From contig NC_068985.1 in the NCBI RefSeq assembly GCF_001194135.2, forward strand, positions 126,288,448 through 126,322,527: a DNA stretch of 34,080 nucleotides, read 5' to 3'. Both the position numbers and the translations under genes were made by a program. The DNA comes from Octopus bimaculoides. Lineage: Eukaryota. This document shows, one piece after another, positions 20,750 through 32,819 of the stretch; the first letter of the stretch is position 1; each line of letters begins with the position of its first letter. The notes beneath the pieces are model-generated. The model had not been told where the DNA came from. It did no database searches and saw only the letters and a list, made by a program, of their open reading frames with translations.

Positions 20750-23100
20750 TGTGCAGATTTGTACGCTTTATGTATGTATTCTCATCCATATAGTTGCATA
20801 TCTAGACATGCTTGTATATATTTAAATGATAAACTTCTGGGTAGTTTTACAGATTTTTACAGTTCCAGTGATGGATTGAATGTGTAGTCTTCGCATTAGC
20901 TTTCTCCTTTCTGGTTTTGAGAAGCCTAATTTCTCAAGATTGGTATTTTGGTAGTGTGTTACATATCCCAGGGCCCCAATAATTACAGGTATAAACCTGA
21001 ACTTGTAGTCTGCATGGAGTAACTACAGATTTCTCAATAGTTCAGCGTAGGCATTCTCCTTTCATTGATCTTCAGCTTTATGTTAACATCCGCTGGGCAG
21101 CTAATTTCCACAACTGTGCACAGTTTCTCTTCTCTGTCCCAAATCATTACATCTGGTCTTTGTGCTTACATTTTATTCGGGTCTTCACTGGGACATTCCA
21201 CCAGCATTCATTTTTATTATGAGTGGCTATGGCTTCTACCATGTTGTAGGTTCTTATTTCTTTGTTCTAGCTACAACATCATGTCTCATCGTTAGATAAT
21301 ACCTTGATGACATTTTTGGGCAACTGCTTATGATGTGGGTGATATGTTCAGTGTGAACTCCACAAAGTCTGCATCTGTTGTCACACTTTACCTGCATCAC
21401 TATCCCTTTTACGCATCAGGTGCTTGGTTGATATTTCCTGTTCCTGGATTGCAAACGCATACCTTTCAAAGTTGGAGGTAGTAACCCGGCTATTCGTCCT
21501 TGATAGACTGCTTTGATGATTGATGTTATGCTTTCTCCTAACATATCCATGCATAGTCTTCTGCTCATATAGGCTCATCCTTTCATCTGATGATCCGTTG
21601 TGGTAGAGTCGTGAGACTTCTTTGGGCATGTATTCTAGGTTATCAGACACAGAGTGTTGCTCAAGGAGCTGCCTTGCAAGTCTTATGATGTTATCAGCCT
21701 CATGTATGCAAACTTGGTCAAGGGATTCACTTCGACACTTGGTGGTTAAAAGATGTTGCCGAAGGGACATGATGCGACATTCAAAGTCATTTTGGGTCGA
21801 TGTTGAGCCTTTCTCTCCTTGTTTTCGTTTTAGGTAGAGGCTGTCTACGTCACTGTTTATGTGGAAATTATGTGTGCTTGTTAGTATTGTTCGGGTTTTC
21901 ACATCAATGGCTAGGATCTCATCAAGTGTCCAGTCAAGCAGCGCAAATGCTGGTATGTGTTCTGACTCTTTTTCATCTTATGCATACTCTTTGCATAACG
22001 TTTCAAGTCATCCAGAGAGAAACAGTGTTTAATATTGGTATTTCTGTTTTCTTGTGAACCAGTGAGATAGCCTTCAGCCTTCCTTAACATGAATGACAAG
22101 GGGTTTACGGAAAGTTTAAACAACATCACATAGAGGCTGTCTTCTTGGAATATGCCTTTGCGATACTGTTTCTATCGGTGATAATACAGTCACTCTTTTT
22201 GTTTAATTTCAAGATGGTGGCCCACGATGAAGTCAGGTCAGGTGTGGCTTTAGCAAGTTGAAGAGCTTCCTGCATCCATGAGTGGGGAGCAGAATCAAAA
22301 GCTTTCTTGTAGTCCAGCCACATTGAAACTAGGTTCCTCCTATGCTCTAGCACCTCTGACATCACAGTTTTGTTGATTAACAACTGCCCGGCACATCCTC
22401 AGACTCCCTTCTTCTCAGCTGCTTGATCTGTTGTGATAATGTTATTGGTTTCACAATGGTCCTGGAGGAATTGGCCGGTAGTCTTTTGCCATGTGGTTGG
22501 TTCTGCATTTGGGGATCAATTTTTTCTCTGCATTTGGGGATCATTTTTTTCTCTTCCAAAGCTAACCAGTGCAGTATGCTACTGTTCCTATTGAGAGCTT
22601 GCTTGTGCAGATTGATAAGATATGGTCGGTAGAATGTTAGCTTCTTGTACCAATATCCAACAATCAAGTCTCTTCCAGGTCCTTTTCCATTTTGGAGTTT
22701 CTGGATCACAGTTGCAAGAGTTTCACCATCAATGTTGTATGTCTTGGATGTAACGCAGGAGCAATAACTTTTTCGGATTTCTTCCACCCACAGAGCATCT
22801 TGGTTAAATTCCTTCTCTTCACTTCAGATTTTCCTCCAGAAGGAGTCTATGTCTTCTCGTGAAGGGGCTTCTGTGATATTCACTGCTCCTCCTCTCATGA
22901 TTCTGTATACTGCTGCCTGGTTACGGTTAAATTTTTTGTTTATTGTTCTTCTCTCAGTTATTCTCTTCTGATGTCGGAGTTTTTCAGACAGCAATTAGCC
23001 CCTGCTTGAGGGTAATCAGTTTGCAAGTGGGTGCCCCCTTTTTCCTGTCACCAAACATCATTTCTATCTCCCTCTTTACTTTGTTGGTGGGACGTATAAT
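20750..23100 (-). mobile_element. R4/Dong-like non-LTR retrotransposon (RT, CCHC, restriction-like endonuclease), 5'-truncated, decayed
   Basis: Minus-strand motifs 'GKGPGRDLIVGYWYKKL', 'WLDYKKAFDSAPHSW', 'GIFQEDSL', 'LDDLKRYA', 'AFAIQEQEISTK', 'CRLCGVHTEHITHIISSC', 'RHDVVA', 'RPDVMIWD....TVVEISCP', 'IPVIIGALG'. Confidence 0.85.
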
Positions 23101-23127
23101 AATTTGTTTGTTTGTCTACAAAACTTG

Positions 23128-23272
<145 letters not shown>

Positions 23273-23294
23273 TTTACACGGTCGAGGTTTTTTC

Positions 23295-23785
23295 CAGAGA
23301 TATTCCCGGAATAAAACTCTCCGCCTAGACATGTGTAAAAACATATTTCAAGAGATTTGAATGACGTCACTGAAATGGCGTCGTTTTGCTTTGTTAGCTT
23401 CGAAAACCAAATATGTCGTTCACGGCCCGGGCGAAAACGAAACTGCATACGGAATATTTGCTGATGTGCGTAAAGTTTCGCAAACAATAAATAAATAATG
23501 TTACACGGTGAATAAAGAAAAATTCACGTAAAGTCATATTTAACACTTTCGAATATGTTCAGATGTGATAAGATCTTTCGCTGCAGAGATAGTCCAGGAG
23601 AAAATTCTCCACAAGACATGTGTGAAAATATGTTGATTTTTTTAAATTGTAAATTACGTCATTGTATCGTAGGATGCATGCGTTTCTGCGTTGTTTCATT
23701 TCGTAAGCTACGAAAGCCAAATATTTCATTCACAAACCTGAATAAGAACAGAATTATTCTTATGAAAACAGCATACGGAATATTT
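23295..23785 (+). repeat. Diverged direct duplication (23295-23459 and 23584-23785)
   Basis: Colinear shared blocks, e.g. a 45-nt ungapped block with 10 mismatches and an identical GCATACGGAATATTT. Confidence 0.85.
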
Positions 23786-23960
23786 ATTGAGAGGATTTGG
23801 TCAAGCTAGAATATAACGCTGCTCCGTGCGACATTGTTTACTTAATTCTAGCTTGACGAAGCGAGAATTAAATAAAAATGGTGATCAGAGGACGATGCAC
23901 GTCAAGGAAGTAATGAAATACAAAGAAACATTTTGTTCAGCATTATTAATTTTCAATTCG

Positions 23961-25440
23961 AAGGCGGCGAGCAAAATGCTTAGCGGTATTTCATCCGTCT
24001 TTACGTTCTGAGTTCAAATTCCGTCGAGGTCGCCTTTGCCTTTCATCCCTTTCGAGGTTGATGAAATAAGTACCAGTTGACCATTGGCGTCGTTGTTATC
24101 GACCGGCCCCTTTCCCCAACATCACAGGCCTTGTGTTTATTGTAAAAAAGGATTAATTCTCTGTCCAAGGAAAAATACCTTACGGTATTTCTTCCGGCTC
24201 TTCACATCCTAAGTTCAAATCTCACCAAGATCAACTTTGCCTTTCATCTCATCAGATCTGATAAAATAAAGTTCCAGTCAGACACTGAGGTTGGTGCTAT
24301 CCACTAACATTCCCCTCCAAATTGCCAGCCTTGTTCCTAAACCAGAATCAATTATTAATTTTCCATCGTTAGATTGTAAGACTAAATAACCTCGGTATAC
24401 TTCTTTTAGTTCTTTACATCTTGAGTTCATATCCCGCCAAGTAAACACTGTTTTTCATTCTTTCGGGGTCGATAAAATTAAGTTTTCGTCAAGCATTAGG
24501 GTCGATATTATCGACTATGCCCTTCCCCGCAAATTTCAGTTCTTGGACCCAGATTAAAAGAGATTATTAAGGGCAGTGCGTTGGAACTGTTACAGTGTTG
24601 GAAAAATTCTTTGCAGTACTTCTTCCGCACCGTATTCAAATCCCAACGAGGTCAACTTGCCTTTCATCCACCAATCGATAAAGCAAGTTACCAGTCAAAT
24701 ATTGGGGCCGATGGCATCGACTAACCTCTCCCTCCTCCAAATGTTAGACATTCGAAACAATTATCAGGTTTCCTTTCACCATTCTCTTTCACAATATTAT
24801 GTTACAGTGGAAAGCAGCGAGCTGGCAGAAACGTTAGCACACCGGGCGAAATGCTTAACGGTATTTCGTCTGTCTTTATGTTCTGAGTTCAAATTCCGCC
24901 GAGATCGACTTTGCCTTTCATCCTATCGGGGTCGATAAATTAAGTATCTGTTGCGTACTGGGATCGATCTAATCGACTGGCCCCTCCACCAAAATTTCGG
25001 GCCTTGTGCCTAGAGTAGAAAAGAATATTATATTACAGTGGAAAGCGACGAGCTGGAAGAATCGTTAGCACGCCGGGCAAAATGCTTGGCGGTATTTCGT
25101 CCTTCTTTACGTTCTCAGTTCGAATTCCACCGAGGTCGACTTTGCCGTTCATCCATCCGGTGTCGATAAAATAAGTACCGATTGGGGTAGATGTCGATAA
25201 AAAAATTGAGTCGATAAAATAAGTACAGAGTGGGGTAGATGTAATCAACTTATCCCCTCCCGCGAAAGTGCTAGCTTTGTGCCAAAATTTGAAACCAATG
25301 TTATATCATGGTGGAATAACAAAGTCGTTAGAATCATTAGAGCTTCGGACGTAATACCTTGTATTTATTTACAGTCCCTTAGGTTACGAGTTCAAATCGA
25401 TTAAATATACCTTGGTGTTTGATCGGTATTTTTTTTATCG
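23961..25440 (+). mobile_element. Head-to-tail array of 6-7 family-1 SINE copies
   Basis: Copies start near 23961, 24165, 24385, 24570, 24812, 25043 and (degenerate) 25325. Each has the '(t)gagttcaaat..cc..gaggtc.actttgcctttcatcc' core. Confidence 0.88.
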
Positions 25441-25724
25441 ATTCCAGTGTAATAAAAGAAAAAGTTGACCGTAACAGAATTTGATTTCTGACTCGCACAG
25501 GAATAGAATTAGTTATAATACTGTATTTGGCCAGTCTTCCCATAAATTCTATCTTTCCAATGCCTTAATTATTCCAACGTCCCGTATCAGACCAAACAGC
25601 AGAATGCCAATAACAGTAAATGGAAACAAACAAAAAAAACTGCAAAACGTAACAAAGTTATGGGGCTGCTGTGAAATGTTCTCTTAAGTAACAACGAGAG
25701 CTACTTAATGATTATGTAATATAC

Positions 25725-25755
<31 letters not shown>

Positions 25756-25819
25756 AGGGGCATTATATATATATATATATATGTATATACAAATATCATA
25801 TCATATCATATCTGACGTC

Positions 25820-26400
25820 TTATAAGTACACTTTTTACATCCATCACACGAACGCAATGTGTCCCAGAAGATTGACCTGCATCTATAAACACGAGGTCAG
25901 CGTTTACGTTACTGGAAATTGATGGGTGAAGAAAGGGTCAATGAAAATTGAAGAACATTTTATAAACTTGTGCTCAGCAATAATATAATACTCCATCTCT
26001 AACTTGTAAACACGATAAGAATATAAGATCACTTGCACCAAAGATGGAAGTGGTCTATTCTATTCATATCACTTGAGAGAAATGTTTCTTCTATATGAAG
26101 TTAAGACGACCAAATCATTTCATAAACTTCGAACGCTATCTGGCCGTATTCGTGCTACATAGAGGGAAGCATGTTTCATGCCAAGCCTATCGCATAAAGC
26201 TCATTGAAAAACAACAAAGATGGAAGCTGTTGTTTCACAATCACCTTTAAAACTGAAAAGCTTTCTGCCAATTCAGTTGAGTGCATGCGGATCGTTATCT
26301 CCCAATGATCTGTGGAAAGCTATCTGACAATTATACATAAGAGGCCTGTCTGAGGATTATAATGATCAAGTATATATAATCCTAAATAATATATTTAATC
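25820..26400 (-). mobile_element. Possible Ty3/Gypsy pol remnant (RNase H end to integrase zinc domain)
   Basis: Weak, correctly ordered motifs on the minus strand: 'IGRK', 'SFK', 'DRLGMKHA', 'LQVRDGVLY', 'FWDTLRSCDGCKK'. Many stops. Confidence 0.4.
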
Positions 26401-26480
26401 CCAGATACCCTGTACCTGAAAAAAAGAGGTTATAGGCAGATCTGGAACACCTCTGCTCAGTTAAACAACGATAACATATA

Positions 26481-26525
26481 AATGATGTTACAATGTTACA
26501 ATGATGTTACAATGATGTTACAATG
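26481..26525. repeat. (AATGATGTTAC) minisatellite, about 4 units
   Basis: Direct reading. Confidence 0.85.
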
Positions 26526-26538
26526 AATTAAAGCTTAC

Positions 26539-26638
26539 TTTGTCAAGCTGTAGTAAGTGTCGCCAGTGTGTACGATGTTTGGAATTTTTCGTATTGACTT
26601 GAATTGTTCATGAAGTTGTGTGAATCCAATAGTGGAAG
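26539..26638 (-). CDS. LBP/BPI-family gene, internal coding exon A (100 nt, phase 1 to 2)
   Basis: Minus strand: acceptor GCTTTCTTTTGGCAG|, donor AA|GTAAGC. Encodes (A)STIGFTQLHEQFKSIRKIPNIVHTGDTYYSLT(N), like the BPI helix and 'IKIPD' region after the 'KGLDYA' motif. Phase matches the exon at 20437. Confidence 0.88.
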
Positions 26639-26859
26639 CTGCCAAAAGAAAGCACAAAAAATCAGAGCATTATGATAGATGTATGATACTGTAGTCGGCA
26701 TGAAGTTATGTCCATAGGTGTAGGAAATTATAATCATCGGGAGCCCCTCCGAAGATTTTAATCTTTCCACGATGTATAAGTTCGGTTGCTGTTGTTGCGA
26801 CGGTTGCTTCTGCTATTACTGCAACTATTGCTGGTGTTGTTGTTGTTGTTTTGCTTCAG

Positions 26860-28620
26860 GTTATCCATAAAACTGAGAAGATATGTCATCAAAGGCGTTT
26901 CATTCATAACCATCTCATTTAGGATCTCACCAGCCTCCCATGATTCAAACATTAACTAACGTAGACCTCTAATGACATTGTCTTCTCTATGTTTTTCAAT
27001 TCCACTAGAATCCCATCCACTCCTGACGCCTTTCTATCTGAGAATGAGCTACCTAGTTACCGCCAACGTCTCTACACAGTGTAATGTGCTGCGTTACATT
27101 TTTCCAAAGTTTCCCGTTTAAGGTGTCTTGGTGCACTGAACATTTAGTGAAGTGCTCTGCAAAGCGGTCAAGCACTTGTCCTTTTTTCCTGAAACATTGT
27201 TGAGCCATCAGCTGACTTCAGCTAATTGTTACTCCTTGCCTGAGGTCCGCATACAGCTTTCAGACCAGAATAGAAGCTGCAAATGTTATAGAAATCAGTA
27301 GCAGTTTGTAGCTTGATCGCAACTTTGCTTTCCAAACACTCCAGCTTTGTCTTGCAAGTCTACTTGCGGTATCTCCAAATTTAGCAGAGCTTGATCGAGT
27401 TTTTTTTCAACCCGAAGATATTTCTTGTGAGCTTGGTTATGTTGCTCTATAACTGAAACAAGAGCGTTATCCATGCAAATAAACCAGTCATATTTTTGTT
27501 GGGTTACCAGACGGAACTTCAGTTGCGCTATACACTGTTGTGCGAAGTAACGACTATCTTACATTCAAATTTATTCGTCTTTGTTATTTCTCATGAGTCC
27601 AGAACCTCGTCCTTATCTACTTCCAGAAATGATTTTGCATACTTATCCATTAACTTTCAGTTCCCATTTTAATTCGCTTGAAAGTTCCAGTTTTATTCCA
27701 TTTGGAGACAACTAGGAGGGTTATCTTAGTATTTGGTGTTTTATAATAATTTTTATAACAATTTGCCATTCTCAACATCCACGTAAGCTTACAGCACTCG
27801 TGCCCAACTACCTAGTTACGCGGTGTAGCCTACACAACGTCAATGCTTTGACTACAAACACATCCGGGCCACTTTCCGTAATTCTTTGAGTTTCAAGATG
27901 GTGTTGGTAAAGAAGAACTCCTGCTCGAAGCAAAAATTGACAGAAAAGTTCTCCATTTGAATTGCACCTCCACACACTACCCTTTTTATTAACACTAGCC
28001 CTCTTTTCCGCTTCTTCTCTCATGCTAATTTTGAAATTACTCTTTAATACCAGTTTGCCTCTCTGGAGCATCCTGTGTATTGTAATTTGCAGATGATTGT
28101 AGAACTGTCCTTTTGCACCATTACGGTTAATTATTTTAGTGTCGTAAACACTGGATCGTGTGGTATAGCATCTCTTTCTGATGAGAACAAGGAAACTCAT
28201 TATCCGATCATTCACAGCAGTTAGTTATTAGCCTATTTTGGCCATAATAATGTTATTTTATGGCCAAGTTTTCTCCAGCACGTGTCTCTCTTTTACTGGC
28301 TTCTCTGTCAAAATCATATCTGCCTCGTATCTACGACTGCCATATTCTGGCAGTCGGGTCTCGCAAAGAACTGCTATATCGATATTGTATTTTTCCAACT
28401 ATAATGCCGTAAGTGCAGTGTCTCTTACCAATCTTTCCTATGTTTAGCAGTATTCTAACATTGCAATAGGTGAGATGAAAGTTCAAATTCTTGCATGGAA
28501 TGGAATTTTTGCCACAGCTCGGACGCAATCACTGACAGTGCGATCCTCAGTGAACCAAGTGGTAACCAATCAAGGATACTTCTGCTTTTTCATCATTACT
28601 TCACAGCAATGCTTGCAAAA
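26860..28620 (-). mobile_element. RTE-clade LINE 5' portion (endonuclease, linker, start of RT), decayed
   Basis: 'TYCNVRILL' (WNVRTLL-like), 'NDRIMS', 'CNSNGELF', 'SFYSGLKAVCGP', 'KSADGST', 'LDRFAEHF', 'KASGVDGILVEL'. Confidence 0.8.
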
Positions 28621-28696
28621 TATTTAAGTGTTAATAACTTCTGCAGATACTAATAGCACATGCACACATACGCACATACACGTATACACACACTCT

Positions 28697-28702
28697 CTCT
28701 TT

Positions 28703-28783
<81 letters not shown>

Positions 28784-28788
28784 TCTCT
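28697..28788. repeat. (TC)n microsatellite
   Basis: Direct reading. Confidence 0.95.
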
Positions 28789-29244
28789 CACAGTTCTTAC
28801 AGTATAATAAAAGCTGGTCTTTTCCTTTTGAGGTTGTACAGAATATCATGGAAATTCTCTGTCCCTCACCGCCAACTACTATGAACAAATTATTATCTCT
28901 CTTGTGTGAATTGTCCATTAGGGGACTTCACATGATTTTTAAAACTTCTTTACGTTGAATAAGAGAGAGAGAAGGGGAAAGAGAGGGAGAGAGAGAAAAG
29001 TGACAAAAAAAGAGGGAAAAAGAAAACTACCCACAAAGATTATACAAGCGTGTCGTAAGATTTGCTTTTAAATGATATTTTGGAGTAGGTGACCGGTTTT
29101 TTTATTTTATTTTATTTTTTAAACAAATATAACCCAAAGAAATTGAGTAATGGGCTGTTTCGATAAAAATCAATCATTACTAATCACATAATTCATTAAA
29201 TACTTTCTCTCGGATCATCTATTAATTATGTGTTCAAATTTTGG

Positions 29245-29431
29245 AACAAGGCCAGCAATTTTGGTGGCGAGGTAAGTCGATTACATTGACTCCAGTGTTC
29301 AACTGGTACTTATTTTATCGACCCCGAAAGGGTAAAAGGCAACCTCGACCTCGGCGAAATTTGAACTCAGAACAAAATGCCGCTAAGCATTTCGCCCAGT
29401 GTGCTAGTGATTCTGGCAGCTCGCCGCCTTA
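29245..29431 (-). mobile_element. tRNA-derived SINE, family 1
   Basis: Reverse complement of the full head and core (ggcggcgagctgccagaatcactagcacactgggcgaaatgcttagcggc...). Confidence 0.85.
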
Positions 29432-29507
29432 GATCACTTATTAATTATGGCACGGGTTAATTATTTCTCGTTTGTAATATTTCTATAGTAATTATATTTG
29501 CATTTTT

Positions 29508-29620
29508 AAGGCAACGAGCTGACAGAATCGTTACCACGTCGGATGAAATGTTTAGCAGCATTTTTTCCAGCTTTATGTTCTAAGTACAAAAACCTTCCAT
29601 CGGTGTTGATAAATAAGTAT
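29508..29620 (+). mobile_element. tRNA-derived SINE, family 1 (internally deleted)
   Basis: ggcaacgagctgacagaatcgttacc...gataaataagta. Confidence 0.65.
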
Positions 29621-29873
29621 CGCTTGATGTGTATCTTTATAAGGATGTAAGGATGTTAATCTTTATAAGGATACACATCATAGAAAAACAGAATGGACTA
29701 AGTGGAGCAGGAACAAAAACGAGGACGGAAGTGTCAGTGAAGAGGTCACAGATGTGTAACGAAAGATTTCCGGACAATGGATATGATTTAAAATAAAATA
29801 AGAACAGTAATAAACGAGTGAAGAACGAATATATAGTGCGTGTGTTTTTTGGCAAAAAAAAAACCATCCTGAA

Positions 29874-29904
<31 letters not shown>

Positions 29905-29938
29905 TGTGTGTGTGTATGTATGTATGTATGTATGTATG

Positions 29939-30285
29939 TTGTTGTTGTTGTTGGCACTCCGTTGCTTACGACGTCGAGGGTTCCAGTTGATCCGATCAAC
30001 GGAACAGCCTGCTCGTGAAATTAACGTGCAAGTGGCTGAGCACTCCACAGACACGTGTACCCTTAACGTAATTCTTGGAGAGATTCAGCTTGACACAGTG
30101 TGACAAGGCTGGCCCTTTCAATTACAGGCACAACAGAAACAGGAAGAAAGAGTGAGAGAATGCCGTGGTGAAAGAGTACAGCAGGGTTCGCCACTATCCC
30201 CTGCCGGAGCCTCGTGGAGCTTTAGGTGTTTTCGCTCAATAAACACTCACAACGCCCGGTCTGGGAATCGAAACCGCGATTCTAT
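29939..30285 (-). mobile_element. tRNA-derived SINE with (CAA)n tail, 3' half shared with family 3
   Basis: Minus strand has a B-box GGTTTCGATTCCC, a distinct centre, a tail nearly colinear with 13130-13320, and ends in caacaacaac. Confidence 0.8.
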
Positions 30286-30368
30286 GACCGTCGTTTATCT
30301 TTCATCCTTTTTGGAATCAGATTATACTCCGTTACTAAGATCCTTCCTCCTTCCTCCCTCCCTCCTTC

Positions 30369-30411
<43 letters not shown>

Positions 30412-30790
30412 GGAAGATATATTTATTGCTGCTAGTTTTAGAAAGGGATGGGTCCGCGTAGTTTACTCGCGCAAAGACGAAAAAAGTAAGAACGAACAAA
30501 ACGTAAGGTTACGTTCTCGAGTCAAACAGACTGATAAGGGCCGGTTTCCCGGTTTCATAGCAAGCTTCTTACCACACTGCTACGCCTGCGCCTGTTCTTA
30601 TTTCCTAGCCACGACTGTGAGTATATGCACACATACACGCATGCGCATGGTATACATATGCACGCACAAGCATAAACAGTAATGAAACATACGCACTTGT
30701 GTTCTATTATGACATGCGCACCTACGAGTACAAGTATGCACATACATACACATACGCACAACACCCTAATATATATGCCTACATAAATTA

Positions 30791-32081
30791 TTAGGTCGTC
30801 AAGTATGAAATTTGTAGTAAGGTATATAGTAAACCTTGACAGCTGCTCATTTTGCGCCATTATTATATTTTGACAATCTTTATTTTTTTGTTAGAAAGCT
30901 GATACATCTATTTCTTTATTCTAACTCATTTTGCGCTTTATAAATTATTTATAAATCGTTTTTTCTATTTTTGTTTAGAGGTGGATAAGTTGGAAATTCG
31001 TAGTTTTGAAATATGAGTTCTTTCTTGGAATACAGCATCACAGGCAGCTCGGAATATTAATGGAGTATTTTATTCTAATGAAATACAGCAGACAGTTGGT
31101 TTGCAAAATTTCGCTCCGGTAACTTTGACCTCACAAATGAGCAGCGCGGTCGACCAGAAGCAAAGGTGGATAATGACGAACTAAAAAAGCCACCGTCAAG
31201 TCAGATCCATCTCAAAGTGCCCATGAATTATCGTTGTTGTTTGGTGTAAGCAAGCAAACAATATTGACTCACCTAGTTCAAAAGGGTAAAGTGGAAAAAG
31301 TTGGATAAGTGGGTTCGACATGAACTCAATAAAAACCAGAAACAGCAACGTTTGGAAGCCTGCATTATGTTACTTTCTTGTCACAAAATGAATCATTTTT
31401 GAATCGAATTGTAACGTGATGAGAAATGGATCCAATAGAGCAACCGTAAATGTTCAGCACAATGGTTGGATGAAGACTATCCACCAAAACACAGTCCAAA
31501 AAGCAAAATTCATCAAAAGAAGCTGATGGTGTGTGTTTGGTGGTCTGGTGCAGGTGTGATCCATTATGATTTCATTAAACCTGGCTCATCAATCACGGCC
31601 GAAGTATACTGCAGCCGACTGGACCAAATGAAGCAGAAACTTACAACAAAAAAACAGCCTAGATTAGTCAAGAGATCCCCTCCTATTTTATTGCAAGACA
31701 ACGCCAGACCACACATCGCCAAAAGGACATTGGCGAAACTACTGGTGTTGGAGTTGGAAGTTCTCTATCATCCACCATACTTACCTGATCTTCCACCCCC
31801 CACCCCCACCCCACTGACTACCATTTCTTCTAGAATTTGGCTAACTTTTTGATAAGAAAAAAATTTAATTTTGACGATGTTGTAAAACAGGCCTTCCAAG
31901 ATTTTATTGACTCAAGATTGCCAGGCTTTTACAGTTCCGGGCTGGACAAGCTACTGCTGAAATGGCAAGAATGTATTGACAATATGGGTGCATACTTTGA
32001 TGAATAAAACTATTCCTTGTATTTATAAAACATTAGCAAACTTTTTCTTCTTTTCTACAAATTTCATACTTGATGACCTAA
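30791..32081 (+). mobile_element. Full-length mariner (D,D34D) transposon, 1291 bp, inactivated transposase
   Basis: 27-bp TIRs at 30791-30817 and 32055-32081 (1 mismatch), TA TSDs at 30789-30790 and 32082-32083. Motifs 'DEKWI', 'KKLMVCVWW', 'LLQDNARPH', 'HPPYLPDL', 'TDYHFF'. Frameshifts and stops. Confidence 0.95.
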
Positions 32082-32419
32082 TAATTCCAGTAAGGACGGG
32101 TCTGTGCTTATAATATTTGTAATCCCTTGCTTCAAGTGTGGTTAGATCAATGCTGATGTAGGTGTTCGATTAGAACATTTGTTCTTCGATACCTACCATC
32201 AACTGGAAAACAGTGAACAAAGAAGAAATGATTTCCATGAAGCACTAGAGGTGCTATTGTGATATACAGTTACAACCACGACTTTCTGGATGCTAATGAT
32301 CCGGAAACTCTTATAATCCGCACTAATTTACATTAATGACAGGTACCTGTATTTGATTTAATTATTTAAGTGAATTTAAAATTCGTTTAATTTCACAGCA
32401 TCGCTACATGGAAATCACT

Positions 32420-32545
32420 TTGTCCGTCTTTACATTGAGATCCACCGAGATCGACTGTGCCTTTCATCTCTTTTTTGGTTCATAAGTACCAGTTGAGTAT
32501 TGGGATCGATGTAATCGACATACTCCCTCCCCTGGAATTGCAGGC
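32420..32545 (+). mobile_element. tRNA-derived SINE, family 1 (partial)
   Basis: ccaccgagatcgactgtgcctttcatc...aagtaccagttg. Confidence 0.7.
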
Positions 32546-32624
32546 AATACATTATTTAATTTAGAATGTGTTGACTAAGGTGATCACACCCGCTTTGGAA
32601 AAACCAACAAATATACTATCCACT

Positions 32625-32752
32625 CAATTTTGCCAGCTGAGTGGACTGGAGTTACCTGAAATGAAGTGTTTTGCTCAAGAACACAACGTGTTGCCCGGTC
32701 CAGGAATCGAAACCACAATCTTACAATCATGAGTGCAACACCCTAACCACTA
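32625..32752 (-). mobile_element. tRNA-derived SINE head plus CORE-like centre (family 3)
   Basis: Minus strand GGTAGTGGTTAGGG (A box) ... GGTTTCGATTCC (B box) ... CAGTCCACTCAGCTGGCAAAATTGAG. Confidence 0.75.
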
Positions 32753-32819
32753 CCAAATATATTCACAAGGCTTTATTCGGCTCGAAGCTGGAGTAGAAAA
32801 CACTTGCCCAAGGTCTTGT

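Noticed and set aside
26640-26790. Apparent integrase or Gypsy-like peptide 'ERLKSSEGLPMIIIS'
   Set aside because: The motif order was inconsistent, and the adjoining 26539-26638 is better explained as a BPI exon with perfect splice sites and phase.
28800-28875. Candidate BPI exon 1 ('...TTSKGKDQLLLY', donor GTAAGA, phase 1)
   Set aside because: No ATG/signal peptide or convincing 'PG..RIT.KGL.Y' motif, and weak splice context.
32180-32230. Strong minus-strand acceptor CTGTTTTCCAG|
   Set aside because: All frames close quickly and no supported donor gives a sensible exon.
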